From positions 1 to 22,130 of the forward strand of contig NW_021836930.1 of the NCBI RefSeq assembly GCF_006345805.1: DNA of 22,130 nucleotides, given 5' to 3'. A model generated the notes under the pieces. It was not told the origin of the DNA, did no database searches, and saw nothing but the letters and a program-made list of their open reading frames with translations. Position numbers and translations under genes: made by a program. The DNA comes from Octopus sinensis (lineage: Eukaryota). This document shows, one piece after another, positions 1-11,929 of this stretch (the stretch's first letter is position 1; every line of letters starts with the position of its first letter).

Positions 1-550
1 TTCAGATTCTTCTGATTAATTTTTTCATTTTCCACATTGGTTCGACTTCATCTGATGCTTATATATATATTTTTCTTTGCAAAAAAAACAACAACAACAA
101 CACCTACAGCAACAAAGGAACCTTATTAACAAAAAATTATAACCATTTTCCATATACAAACATTACAAAACTGCAAAGATAATTAATTGCTAAAATGAAA
201 ATTTTATTTCTACCTTGAATTGAAATTGAAAACAGTTGATTTAATTATATTACCTTTGACATACCTTTACACTGATTTTATTAGAAGAACTCCAGGAGAA
301 AAACAACAGCAAGAATTTAAGAATCACACATATATCTATATACATATATACTTGGTAATATATATATATATATATATATAATATAAATATATATTTATGT
401 ATGTGTAATATTATATATACACAGAGTTAAGTATATACTTATTATATATATATTGTGGATATATTTATATATAATTATTTGTTGTTTAAAACGAAAGGAA
501 AAATTTAAAATAGCAGAAAAAGTGTTTAACATGTTAGGTGCTTCGGTTGA

Positions 551-895
551 CAACAAAAACAAAAACAACAGCAACTACAACAACAACAGCAACAACTACA
601 ACAACACTAACTACAACAACTTCATCAACAACAACAACAACAACAACAACAACCGAAACTACTTCATCAATATCAACAACAACAATAACTATAATAACAA
701 CAGCGAAATCACAAACGAGATATATTTAAAAAACAAACAAAACAAGCACCACCACCACAATCACCACCACCACTACCCTCACCGCCGCCACCACTGCTAT
801 AATTATTACTACTACTATTACTACTACTACCACGACCATCACGACGACGACGACCATCAACAACAACAACATCAGTATCAACATCATCAACAGCC
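551..895. repeat. Compound trinucleotide microsatellite (CAA/CTA/CAC/GAC)n
   Basis: Runs of caacaacaa, caccaccac, tactactac and gacgacgac. These explain the poly-N/H/Y ORF at 453-899. Confidence 0.9.
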
Positions 896-1357
896 ATAAT
901 ATTTATCCGACTGCTATATATATTATCATCACCACCATGATGTCTTTTACAATGTATACAGACTTTAAATCTCCCTAATGAGTATATATATATAATTTAT
1001 TATTTACATTGCATATAAATATAATATATATATGTACATACATGCATACATACATATATACATACATACATACCTATCTTGAGTTTACGAGGGAAGGACA
1101 ATCGTACGGACGCCTCCGGATTATTTAAAAATAACAATTATAAATAAATATATATAAATTAATTAATAAATTAATTAAATAAATAAATAATGATGATGAT
1201 GATGGTGTGTTATCATTATTATTATTTTTATTATTAACATCTTCAAGTCCAGGGAAATTTATACAGACCACACATACCTTAAACGTGGAGTTTTATTACT
1301 GTTGGTTAATTATTAACGACGGACCCAAGAGAAGGAACAACAATCAACTATGACAAC

Positions 1358-1447
1358 TAATTCTACTACTACTACTACTACTGTTGCTGCTTCTGAGGTT
1401 ATTACTACTACTACCACCACTACTACTATTACTATACAACAACAACA
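1358..1447. repeat. (CTA)n/(CAA)n microsatellite
   Basis: Runs of actactact and caacaacaa. Confidence 0.85.
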
Positions 1448-1522
1448 ATGTCAACGACTGATTCTTTTTTGTCGAAACATCAGTAAGCTTTTTCAATTTA
1501 TTTTAAAATGGATTATCTATGC

Positions 1523-1683
<161 letters not shown>

Positions 1684-2155
1684 ATCCGTGTATGTATGGA
1701 TGTACATAATATCACAATCAATACACGTGTGTAGTGCGTGTATACGGACTGCATGTTTACATGTGTATATATCCGTGTGCGCGCGCTCGTGTGTGTATGT
1801 GTGTGTGTGTGCGCGCGCGCTCGTGTGGTTATAGTACAGAAGTCAATACTATATTTTGGTAGCCAAAAAACTATACACCGCCCGCCTTCTTACAAGCTAT
1901 ATACATATGCATACATACATACATATATATAAAATATATATATATATATATATTATTTATATACATGCGCGTACATATGTATGCCTGCTCGACCAGACCA
2001 TGTCTTTGGGCTGAATTTACACATTCTCTTTGCAGCCGTTTTTCTCCTCCAATCGCCCCACAAACTTGTAGATGTTTTTAGCCACAGGTCAATCTTAATC
2101 GAGCGTCCTACGATCAGATATGCCCCATTAATAATTTCTTTTAGCTCAAGCATCG

Positions 2156-2208
<53 letters not shown>

Positions 2209-2244
2209 GCCTGTTTCCTACTTTTTATTATTGTTGCTTACTCA

Positions 2245-2318
2245 CTAATCAAATTCCTGATCTAGTACAGTTGCCTATGATCGAAAGTTTTCCAACTACG
2301 ACCATCCCATCTTTTTTA
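2245..2318 (-). mobile_element. Family C repeat, 3' fragment
   Basis: tttccaactacgaccatcccatctttttt matches the family C anchor ttccagccgtgaccatc seen at 2863-2876. Confidence 0.45.
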
Positions 2319-2475
2319 ATGTTGTCATAAGTGTATCGAAGAGTACATTGACCCATGGATTCTTTCTACTTTATTGTTTCTTTTTTTTTTTAAAGACATT
2401 ATATTGTAATTTGTAGATTTGACTACTATGTTGAAATGCATGTTTTTAAATGTACGTGTGTGTGTGTTTGCGTGC

Positions 2476-2518
<43 letters not shown>

Positions 2519-2549
2519 TGTGTGTTTCCATGTACGAATGTTATTGCCG

Positions 2550-2672
2550 TTTAACTCCAGGTCCAGTGTTGGTTGGCCAGACCTACAACTAAAGGAAATC
2601 CAGGCATTATTGCTTATCTTTTCTGTATGTAGGTCTATGATGAAAAAATATTCCAGTTGTGACCACCCCGCC
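2550..2672 (-). mobile_element. Family C repeat, degenerate 3' part
   Basis: gtttaactccaggtcc...cagacctac...aaaggaaatccaggc and ttccagttgtgacc resemble the other C copies. Confidence 0.5.
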
Positions 2673-2804
2673 TTTTAGTCAAACAATATATCAAATATTA
2701 TATTTTCTCTTGTCTTTATCTATTTAAAATTTAGCAACAAAACAAAAGAAAACAATATTCGCAGTTTTGTCGGACTATAGGGGCCCTTTATGTTCCCCCT
2801 ATTT

Positions 2805-3015
2805 TTTGTTATTTTTTCACCCTAGTCAAATTTGATAAAGCAGGTTATAATAGTCAAAGGCGTTCCAGCCGTGACCATTCTATTTTTTTCTTTATTTCAA
2901 AGCTTCTACTCACTCTCTCTCTCTTTTTTTTTTTTTTTAAGAAGACGGTATAAAATTATTTGAGGAGGAGATATAGCTACTATTTCTAGTAGGCCATGCT
3001 ACCACGTAGTAGTTC
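2805..3015 (-). mobile_element. Family C repeat, near full length
   Basis: Anchors ttccagccgtgacc (2863), aagacggta (2942) and gctactatttctag (2976) occur in the same order as in the copies at 11645-13650. Confidence 0.7.
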
Positions 3016-3057
3016 CCTTTTTTGACTCATTGGTGATTTAGAGTGCAAAGGAAATAG

Positions 3058-3500
3058 CGTGTGTGTGTGTGTGTGTGTGTGTGCGTGTGTGTGAGACACG
3101 GAGAGAGAGGTGGGAGAAAGAGAGGAAGAGAGAGAGAGAGAGAGAGAGACATGCTTTTGGATATATATTTTAAATGCCAGTTGCTCGTTCCATATCCGTC
3201 GTCTGAACTCTTTATCTATCTCTATACATGTTTGGATATTTTTACTTCCCGTCCGCTCCCTCTGTGCCATGCTCTTTCCCCCCTCCCCCTCCCCCTCCAT
3301 CTTCCGATCCAGCCATTCTGCTACTGCTCCTTTTGCTAACTCCCCCCTTCCTCCTTCAGTCTCCCTTGTATTCCCCTCTCTCTTTCTCTCTCTCCTCTCT
3401 CTCTGCCTCTATCTCTGTCTCTGTCTCTGTCTATCTATCTATCTGTCTGTCTCTCTGTTCTCTGTCTCTCTTTCTCTCTCTCTCTCTGTTTCTCTCACAC
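3058..3500. repeat. (GT)n, (GA)n and (CT)n microsatellite cluster
   Basis: gtgtgt at 3058-3092, gagaga at 3128-3148, and a long CT-rich tract at 3376-3495. Confidence 0.85.
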
Positions 3501-4420
3501 TCACCCCACTGCTCACTCTTCTCTGGTCTTCAACAATCTCATGCCATTTCTTCCACCTTTCCATTGGCTGAACGCACGCCGCACGCACACACATACACGC
3601 AGACGCGCGCGCACACACACACTCACACACACACACCACACACACACACCACACACACACACACACACGTGCACGCACACGCATGCACACGCACAGATAC
3701 ACACACACACACACGCGCATGCACAAGCGTAAACACACAAACACTCGCACGTACACACGCACACACGCACTCACACACATGTGCACGCGTTCACACACTC
3801 ATACGCACGCACTCGCACACACTCACGCATACGCGCATTCAGCCTTTCTCCCGCGTGCATACACGTATACACGCATCGAAATATACACACACACCCATAC
3901 CCGCGTAAAATCCATACATTCGCGCGCATATACGTAAACAAACACACACCTCGACGCATACACTTACATACATGCACAGATATATATATATATATCATAC
4001 ATATACAGACATACACAACAACACACACAAACACATACACACTCAGTCATACACGCGTATGCACAAAGCCGCGTACGTCCGTACATTTACATACATGCAT
4101 ATATTTCGCAGACGCACTCACACCTATACAAATGAAGACAGACACAGATTTACGTCTACTCACACGTACACACAGAGGCTAGTTATAAATACATGAACAC
4201 ACACGCACATGCATGAATAAATACAGATATACAAACACTCGTACCGTTTTAGAATTCACTGTATGCGTGTGTGAACACATAGGCACACACACACACACAT
4301 ACACAAATACATTAACGCATACATAAACACATACATGCATTCATCTTCATAAATTTAATAGTTATACATGTGTTTGTACACACACACACATATATACGAG
4401 TTTTTCCTGTGTCGCCCAAT

Positions 4421-4607
4421 CTGCTGAATATAGCAGCCAAATCTCTTGTAAAACACGCTCTGTCACCTATGAAAGAGAGGAACGCACTGGGAGAATTACG
4501 GTTCTAGACATGCTGTGTACTTAAAGAAAGACCAGACAGCCATGGCTGGAACGGTTTTAATCATAAGTCTGGTCAGTCAGCGATGATCTGAGGTTAAACG
4601 ACAAACA
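4421..4607 (+). mobile_element. Family C repeat
   Basis: atagcagccaaatctc ... catggctggaacgg ... atcataagtctg ... ttaaacgacaa is the reverse complement of the minus-strand C anchors. Confidence 0.65.
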
Positions 4608-4681
4608 TTACACACACACACTCGCACACATATTTGCAAGTATATACATAAATATCTAAATACATATATACACAAATCAGC

Positions 4682-4860
4682 AGTGGTCACTTGGCTTGCT
4701 AGAAATAGCAGCCAAGTCTTCCTCCAATCCCTTAACGTTTTCTAAAGGACGTTTTAGTAGTCTGGAAATAATAAATAAAAAGACGGGTTGGGCATGCCTG
4801 GATTTCCTTTAGTCATACGTCGAGCCAATCAAAGCTGACCTGAGATTGAACCACAATAAC
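4682..4860 (+). mobile_element. Family C repeat
   Basis: gctagaaatagcagccaa at 4698-4715; aaagacggg ... gctgacctgagattgaaccacaa near the 3' end. Confidence 0.7.
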
Positions 4861-4990
4861 ATTCATACGTGGAAAAATACACACACAACACACACACTAC
4901 ACATACATACACATGCACACGTACATTTAGAAACATGCATTTGAACATACGCACACGCATATGCACGCACACATCCACACATCACGCGTG

Positions 4991-5025
<35 letters not shown>

Positions 5026-5164
5026 GCATACATACAACACACACACACACGCAAACACACACACACCACACACACACACACGTACATTTAAAAACATGCA
5101 TTTGAACGCACGCATACGTATACGCACGCACACACACATCCAGACGTTACGCGTGCGCATATGT

Positions 5165-5199
<35 letters not shown>

Positions 5200-5214
5200 A
5201 ATACACATACACAG

Positions 5215-5397
5215 ACACGTTCGTGTTTATATTTACATTTGTTACCAGCACACGCACACACGCACACACGCACACACACACATACGTGTGTGTGACCACT
5301 CACACACATTTTACACTCGCACACACACACACGCTTTAAAATTTCAATGTTTTGTTTTACATTATCAAACGCACACACACACACATACACACGCATG

Positions 5398-5466
<69 letters not shown>

Positions 5467-5723
5467 AGTACAAATTTATGTTTCTACTTATATTTAGTTG
5501 CACACACGCACGCACGTATACGCGTATGCAATCACACACACGCACGCACACACACACGTTTTTGCAATCACACACACACGCACACACACACTTCAAAACA
5601 GAAATTTAAACACTCACTTACATATACATACGCGCACACACATATATTCATACACACACACCACTAATTTATGTTTGTATTTACATTTAGTAGTGCGCGC
5701 GCACGCACGAATACGTGTGTGCA

Positions 5724-5762
<39 letters not shown>

Positions 5763-7330
5763 CATATACTCATGCACACGCTTGCTTTTTTTTTTAAATA
5801 TTTAAATGTACACATTATAATATACACACGTATATGTGTGTACAAACACACACACGGAAGCCCTGCACAAATCTATGTTTATATTTACATTTAGCATGCA
5901 CGCACGCGCATTTACGCGTGTGTGCAATCACGCACACACATACTTATACACTCTCTCATTTAAAAAAAAATTTGTTTAAATGCACACACGCACACACACA
6001 CACACACACACACAGCATATATGAACGCATACTCGTATGCATGTTTGCGTTAATAATTAAATACGCACTCGCATATACACACACGGGCATACGCACACAC
6101 CCATAACACTCCTACACGTATCATAAATTCGTGTTTACATTTTCCTTTAGTTGCACACACGCGCGTTTATATGCGTGTGTGCAATGACACGATCAAGACA
6201 CACACACACACATATGCACACACACGTACACGTTTTCCATTAAAAAAAAAGTATATTTAAACGCAAACATACACACACATATACACACACACAGAATCGC
6301 ACACACACAAATACAAGCGCATACACAACATATACGCGCGCGTTTACTCATAGACATGCACACACACACACACACACACAGGCGCGCACTACAAATTTGT
6401 TAATATTTACATTTAATTATACGCACACACATACACAGATACACATACACACACACAGAATCGCATACACACACACAAATACACGCGCATACACAACATA
6501 TACGCGCGCGTTTACTCATAAACATGCACACACGCACATAGGCGCGCACCACAAATGTGTTTATATTTACATTTTACATTTAATTATACCCGCGTGCACA
6601 CACATACCTGTGTTCCATCAAACGCACATATATATATATGCACTCATTCACTCTCATTTTTAATGCTAAAACGCACACGCACACATACGTACATGCGAAT
6701 ACACACATAAACACACACGCGCACGCATACACGCACACACACACACACTCCAAAAATTAGTGTTTTGTATTTACATTTTGTAGCACTTGTGCGCGCACAT
6801 TTACGTCTGTGCAGCCACACCCGCACATATACATTTATTCGCATGCATACATACATACTTGCATAACATACATACATACACACGCTTTAAAAATATTTAA
6901 ACGCACACATCATATACATATACATATGCATGCATGCATACACACACGCACTACAAATTTGTGTCTGTATTTACATTTTGTAGCAGACGCGCGCGCGCAT
7001 GAATGCGTGTGTGCAATCACACATATTTATATAGTCACTGCCTTCACGCGATGTATACAGCGTATACACGCTCGTTCATATACGCGCGCGAACTCAACAT
7101 ATTTATTTTTTATATTTGCATTTGGTTGCACATACACACGCCGACATATACGTATATATACAAATCACGCACACACACATACACGTATTTCTAATTCGCG
7201 GACGCGTATTTTTTGTGTGAAATATCTTCATATACAACAACAAATTTACATGCGCATTCATACACTAGCACACCCGCCATTTCGAAAATTTTGTTTATAT
7301 TTACATTCTGTGACACACACACACGCGCGC
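5215..7330 (+). repeat. Degenerate higher-order tandem repeat, 11 units of ~207 bp
   Basis: A core like acaaatttrtgtttrtatttacatttwgtwgca recurs at 5230, 5485, 5678, 5882, ~6135, 6404, 6564, 6768, 6968, 7113 and 7298. A second motif, tttaaaaatatttaaacgcac, lies between most cores. Confidence 0.75.
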
Positions 7331-7790
7331 GCGCGGTGAGGCACAAATACGCGTGAAAAATAACGCGCGCGCGCGCACACACGGACACACACTCACACAC
7401 ACACACACAAACACACACACACGCACACTCACATTCATACACTCTCTCTCTAACGAACACACTTCATTTTTTAATATCTACAACACATGCAACACGCTCA
7501 CAAACTCACGCACACACACACAATACATTTTATTAGACACGGTTATACACACGCATACAGATATGTATATATACCCATATATATATATATGTATATACAT
7601 ATAAATATAAATTACTTTGCTTTTTACGGGAAAACACGCACAGACTGCGCGTACGTACTCATTCGACTACACGCAATAATATGCACGTACGCGTAATAAT
7701 ATATCGAATGTGTATAAACAATAGCAGTAACAGATTTGCATATACGCACATGTGTGTATATACGTGTTTTTACCGAAGTAACGTGCGGGC

Positions 7791-7826
<36 letters not shown>

Positions 7827-7884
7827 AACAGACGCTCTCATGCGTTTATACATACGATATTCTCTATATATTTTAACACAAATA

Positions 7885-7925
<41 letters not shown>

Positions 7926-8384
7926 AAACTCCCGTTGACATACACGCCCACATTTCTTACTTGCGCCCGACTGCACACACGCACGTTCAACATCCATTTA
8001 TACGTTCGCATATAAACACTTGTTTTGTATATATTTCAGTTACAGGCTTATGCACATTCATGCGTATATATAAATATAAATATATATGCGCATTCACACA
8101 TACCCTCGCGTACACACACACGCGTTCATATTACTATTGATATCATACACGCACATATACATACATACATACGTACATACATAAATATACATACATACAT
8201 ATATACATACATACATACATACATACGTACGTACATACATACATACATACATACATAGATACATACATACGTACATACATACATATATACATATATACGT
8301 ACATACATACGTACATGCGTATACACAGACATACACGCATATATGTTTATTTGTAAGTGCACACACGAGTCATTGAAGGTGCCT

Positions 8385-8566
8385 GCAGGTGGTCGGTCGA
8401 ATTGATTGCTAGTAACAACAGCCAAGTCACCTATAGATAGATTATACTCAACCGTCTTGAACAGAAGACGTCGGATAATGCAGCCTTGAGTCGGCAACGA
8501 CTGAAATATTCACACTGGATGGTCATGATTCGATTGACCTAGCTGATCTGAGACTGAACAACAAAG
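8385..8566 (+). mobile_element. Family C repeat
   Basis: gctagtaacaacagccaa (8408), accgtctt, gatggtcatg, gctgatctgagactgaacaacaa. Confidence 0.7.
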
Positions 8567-8682
8567 CTACATACGCATGCTTAACCATTTTATATGCAAT
8601 CAAATGCATTTTCATATAAACAAACGCGCGCACACATACACTGTGTATAAATGAACACACACATGATGCGCGCGCATCTCTC

Positions 8683-8684
8683 TG

Positions 8685-8730
<46 letters not shown>

Positions 8731-8812
8731 ATCTATCTATCTATCATCTATCTATCTATCTATCTATCTTATCTATCTATCTATCATCTATCTATCTATC
8801 TCTCTGTCTATC

Positions 8813-8843
<31 letters not shown>

Positions 8844-8905
8844 CTATCTATCATCTATCTATCTCTATCTATCTATCTATCTATCTATCTCTATCTGTCT
8901 ATCTG

Positions 8906-8980
<75 letters not shown>

Positions 8981-9022
8981 ATATCTCTCTCTCTCTCTAT
9001 CTGTCTGTCTGTCTGTCTGTCT
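8683..9022. repeat. (TCTA)n/(TCTG)n microsatellite
   Basis: About 340 bp of tandem tetranucleotide units. Confidence 0.95.
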
Positions 9023-9324
9023 GTTATCGGTTTCAGTCAACGAACTCTGGCGACTCTCTGGAGGCTCTGACAATCGAGTGTTTTTAGTCAGTCATTCCGA
9101 CCCAAGAAATCTGTTTGTCCAACTTCTTATGCTACGAGTTTTATATATAGGAATATAGAGCGAACTGCACCGGTTTCAAGACCATAAACATAAACATCAA
9201 CACACACACAGATATATATATATATATATGCATATATTTCTACGCTCTTACACCCACATGAGCGTGTGTGTATGTAAACACATACTTCTATCTGTCTCTC
9301 TGTCTGTCAATATATCTGTCTCTT

Positions 9325-9379
<55 letters not shown>

Positions 9380-9830
9380 CTGTCCGCACTCATAAACTGC
9401 TCAAACGAATTTTACATACGGATATATATATGGTTTATAATAAAATAGGGGCGATTATGGATGGACGAACATACACGCATACGCGTAAACGCTCCCACAC
9501 GTCTACTTTACAAAAACTTACACCAAAGGCTGAATTTAAAACAACCCATGGGTAAAAAAAAAGTAATAACAACATTAATTTATATTAAATTCAGCTTCGG
9601 CTCTTGGTTGAAAGCAACAATCTAACATTTCTCAACAATCTGTTTATGTACAGAAGCTTCGGACTTAATTTATTGTCAAGCGATATTTTTGATTTTGGGT
9701 TCAAATCCCGCCAAGGTCAACTATAGCTTTTTAACAGTCCACGGAGTTCTATGTAATGAAGTACAAACTACTCGTACTCTGTCCTGCAAATATGTGGCCA
9801 GGCATAAGTTCTGAAATCTGTGGAAAGGTG

Positions 9831-9960
9831 TTTAGTCGATTAATTCGACCCAGTGGTCGACCAGTAATTTATTTTTTACAGAGCCCAGAAGGACGATAAA
9901 TAAAATTGATCTGGGTAGGATTCGAACTCAGGGATATAAAGAGTCTAACAATTCTGCCAA
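9831..9960 (-). mobile_element. Family B tRNA-derived SINE, degenerate
   Basis: Minus strand reads ttggcagaattgttag (A box), ctgagttcgaatcc (B box) and ctgggtcgaattaatcgact (hairpin module). Confidence 0.6.
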
Positions 9961-9962
9961 TT

Positions 9963-10107
9963 ATAGGATCAAGGCCTGAAATTTTGAGGGGTGGGGAAAC
10001 TGCAACTGGTACTTGTTTTTTTATCGACCCCGAAAGGGATGAAAAGTAGAGTCGACTTTGGCGACATTTGAGCTCAGAACGTGGTAACGGTTCTGCCTGC
10101 TCGCCGC
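9963..10107 (-). mobile_element. Family B tRNA-derived SINE with internal deletions
   Basis: Minus strand reads gcggcgagcaggcagaaccgtt..acgttctgagctcaaatg..gtcgactc..ttttcatccctttcggggtcgataaaaaacaagtaccagttg..aaaatttcaggccttg. Confidence 0.8.
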
Positions 10108-10804
10108 TAATAATAATAACAACAATAACAATTAGTATTATTATTAATACAATTATTGGCTGTTGTGGATGATGGATTTTGGACAAAATACCTTCACTTC
10201 TGTGCGTCTACAGTCTCAGTTCGAATCATACTCGGGGCGAATTTTCCCCCCACTTTTTTTTTTCTTTTAAAATCTTATCGGAAATAACGAAACGAGGTAC
10301 TTATCCACGTACCGAGGCTGATAAAAGCGACTGGGCCCACTGCCTTATGCAAATAAATAAAATTATCATTATTATTACTATTACTCCATGTAAGCCCTTG
10401 TGGCCAATAAACCAGAATTAATTATTATTATTATTATTATTGAGTGAGGGAGCACTGTTAAGGATTGCGGAATAGGAGATTCCACAATCCTACGTTCGCT
10501 AATAACAAACAAAAGTATATTCGGTTGCTGTGACTCATTACTTTCTTAGTTCGAATTCCTACCCAGGTTTTATTCACTTTTTGCGTTTGCTGTTAGGGAG
10601 TCGTTTTAAAAAACTCGTTTATTGATAATGCTAATAATAGCAACCAATTTCTCCCTCATATTATCCTTATTTCACCCACAGCCAACTCTTGCCTTACTAA
10701 TTTTAAATACAAAAAATCAACACACATTGGATAAAGTGTATGTATATATATACATGCATACATACATATATATATATATATATAACAACAATTGAAGAAC
10801 GGCT

Positions 10805-11005
10805 ACAATAGGCCGTTCGACCCACTAGAAATAGCAGCCAGGGCTCCAACCAAAATATATATATATATATATATACACACACACTTTATAATTAGGGTTC
10901 AGCAAAGATTTGCTTCACCACATACCGAAGTTTAGAAATTAATTAATTTTACTTCTTAATTTTACCCTTTGTCATTATTGAGTATGTATATATATATATA
11001 TATAC

Positions 11006-11044
<39 letters not shown>

Positions 11045-11134
11045 TGTATGTATACTCTGGTCTTAGTCATGCAACTAAACAGAAGAGATCGTCACGGTTG
11101 GATCGGAGTTGATCGAGTTTAACAGTGAAACAAG

Positions 11135-11135
<1 letters not shown>
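10805..11135 (+). mobile_element. Family C repeat, interrupted
   Basis: Head gttcgacccactagaaatagcagcc (10815-10839) and 3' part gatcgtcacggttgga (~11087-11102) are separated by microsatellites and unrelated sequence. Confidence 0.45.
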
Positions 11136-11169
<34 letters not shown>

Positions 11170-11198
11170 TATCATCATCATCATCATCATCATCATCA
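11135..11198. repeat. (TCA)n microsatellite
   Basis: Tandem atc/tca units. Confidence 0.95.
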
Positions 11199-11454
11199 TT
11201 ATCGTCATCAGCATTTTGCTACTTATTATTATTAAAGTCTTTTCTCATGGCTCCCTCTTATTTTTTTTCCTGGTCTAACGCCCTCTCCCTCCCTCCCTCC
11301 CTCCGCCTATTCTCGTCTTCCACATAAACATCACTCGTCTTTAGGGGACTGCTGCTACTATAGTAGTAGCAGTAGTAGTTTTTAGAGTTAACTGCTATTC
11401 CTACAGTCGATGGCCTTACTTACTACTACTACTAACTACTACTACTACTACTAC

Positions 11455-11599
11455 TTTTTTTTTTTTTTTACTTGTTTCAGTCATTTTGACTGCGGCCATG
11501 CTGGAGCACCGCCTTTAATCGAGCAACTCGACCCCGGGATTTATTCTTTTGTAAGCCCAGTACTTATTCTATCGGTCTCTTTTCCCGAACCGCTAAGTG
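11455..11599 (-). mobile_element. Family A SINE, 5'-truncated 3' end
   Basis: The reverse complement is ~95% identical by eye to 17348-17478. It has a T-tract (A tail on minus) and is flanked by ctactactac on both sides. Confidence 0.9.
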
Positions 11600-11644
11600 C
11601 CTACTACTACTAGTCATTGTATTTTAGGGTTTTTGTTGGGGGTT

Positions 11645-11900
11645 TTTTTCCTTCTTAGCGCCAGCTAAAATATTGACAGGGCTGAGTTTATGATTATAAG
11701 GCAATCTAACCATGACAATTCCATCTGTTTTGCGTCCAGGAAATGTATAATCGATTGGAAAAAAAAAAAAAAACTACAGGAAACAAACTAAAACTATAAC
11801 GAATGTTTACTTCTTTTTTTTTTTTTGTTTTGTCCACTTATTTGAAGGAGGGATAGTTAACTGCTATTTCTAGCGGATCGAACAGCCACGTAGAGGCTCC
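11645..11900 (-). mobile_element. Family C repeat
   Basis: ctgctatttctagc at 11861; aaccatgac at ~11708. Confidence 0.6.
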
Positions 11901-11929
11901 TGCGGTTCTACTATAGTTTTTTACTGCTG

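Larger units (their letters stand above)
3570..8340 (+). repeat. ~4.8-kb degenerate (CA)n/(CG)n/(TA)n/(TACA)n tract, CA on the + strand
   Basis: Near-continuous alternating purine/pyrimidine sequence, interrupted by two C copies. It produces all the HT/CV-rich ORFs here. Confidence 0.9.

Noticed and set aside
453-899. 148-aa N/H/Y/Q-rich ORF resembling a prion-like or His-rich protein
   Set aside because: It starts at a non-ATG codon in a TA-rich tract and is entirely explained by compound triplet microsatellites. There is no recognisable domain or splice context.
1085-1135. TACGAGGG start resembling a mariner TIR
   Set aside because: No matching inverted end was found in the window, and 8 bp of similarity is insufficient.
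1985-2150. Plus-strand acceptor ttctctttgcAG with a short open frame
   Set aside because: The segment resembles a decayed family C head (gcagcc...ctcctccaatc) and lacks a good donor.
3061-9070. Many HT-, CV-, YI- and SIYL-rich ORFs
   Set aside because: They are translations of (CA)n, (TG)n, (TACA)n and (TCTA)n, which lack stops in several frames.
10200-10600. Two B-box-like motifs (agttcgaatc at ~10218, agttcgaattcc at ~10548)
   Set aside because: They are probably very old B-type SINE relics, but too degenerate to delimit.
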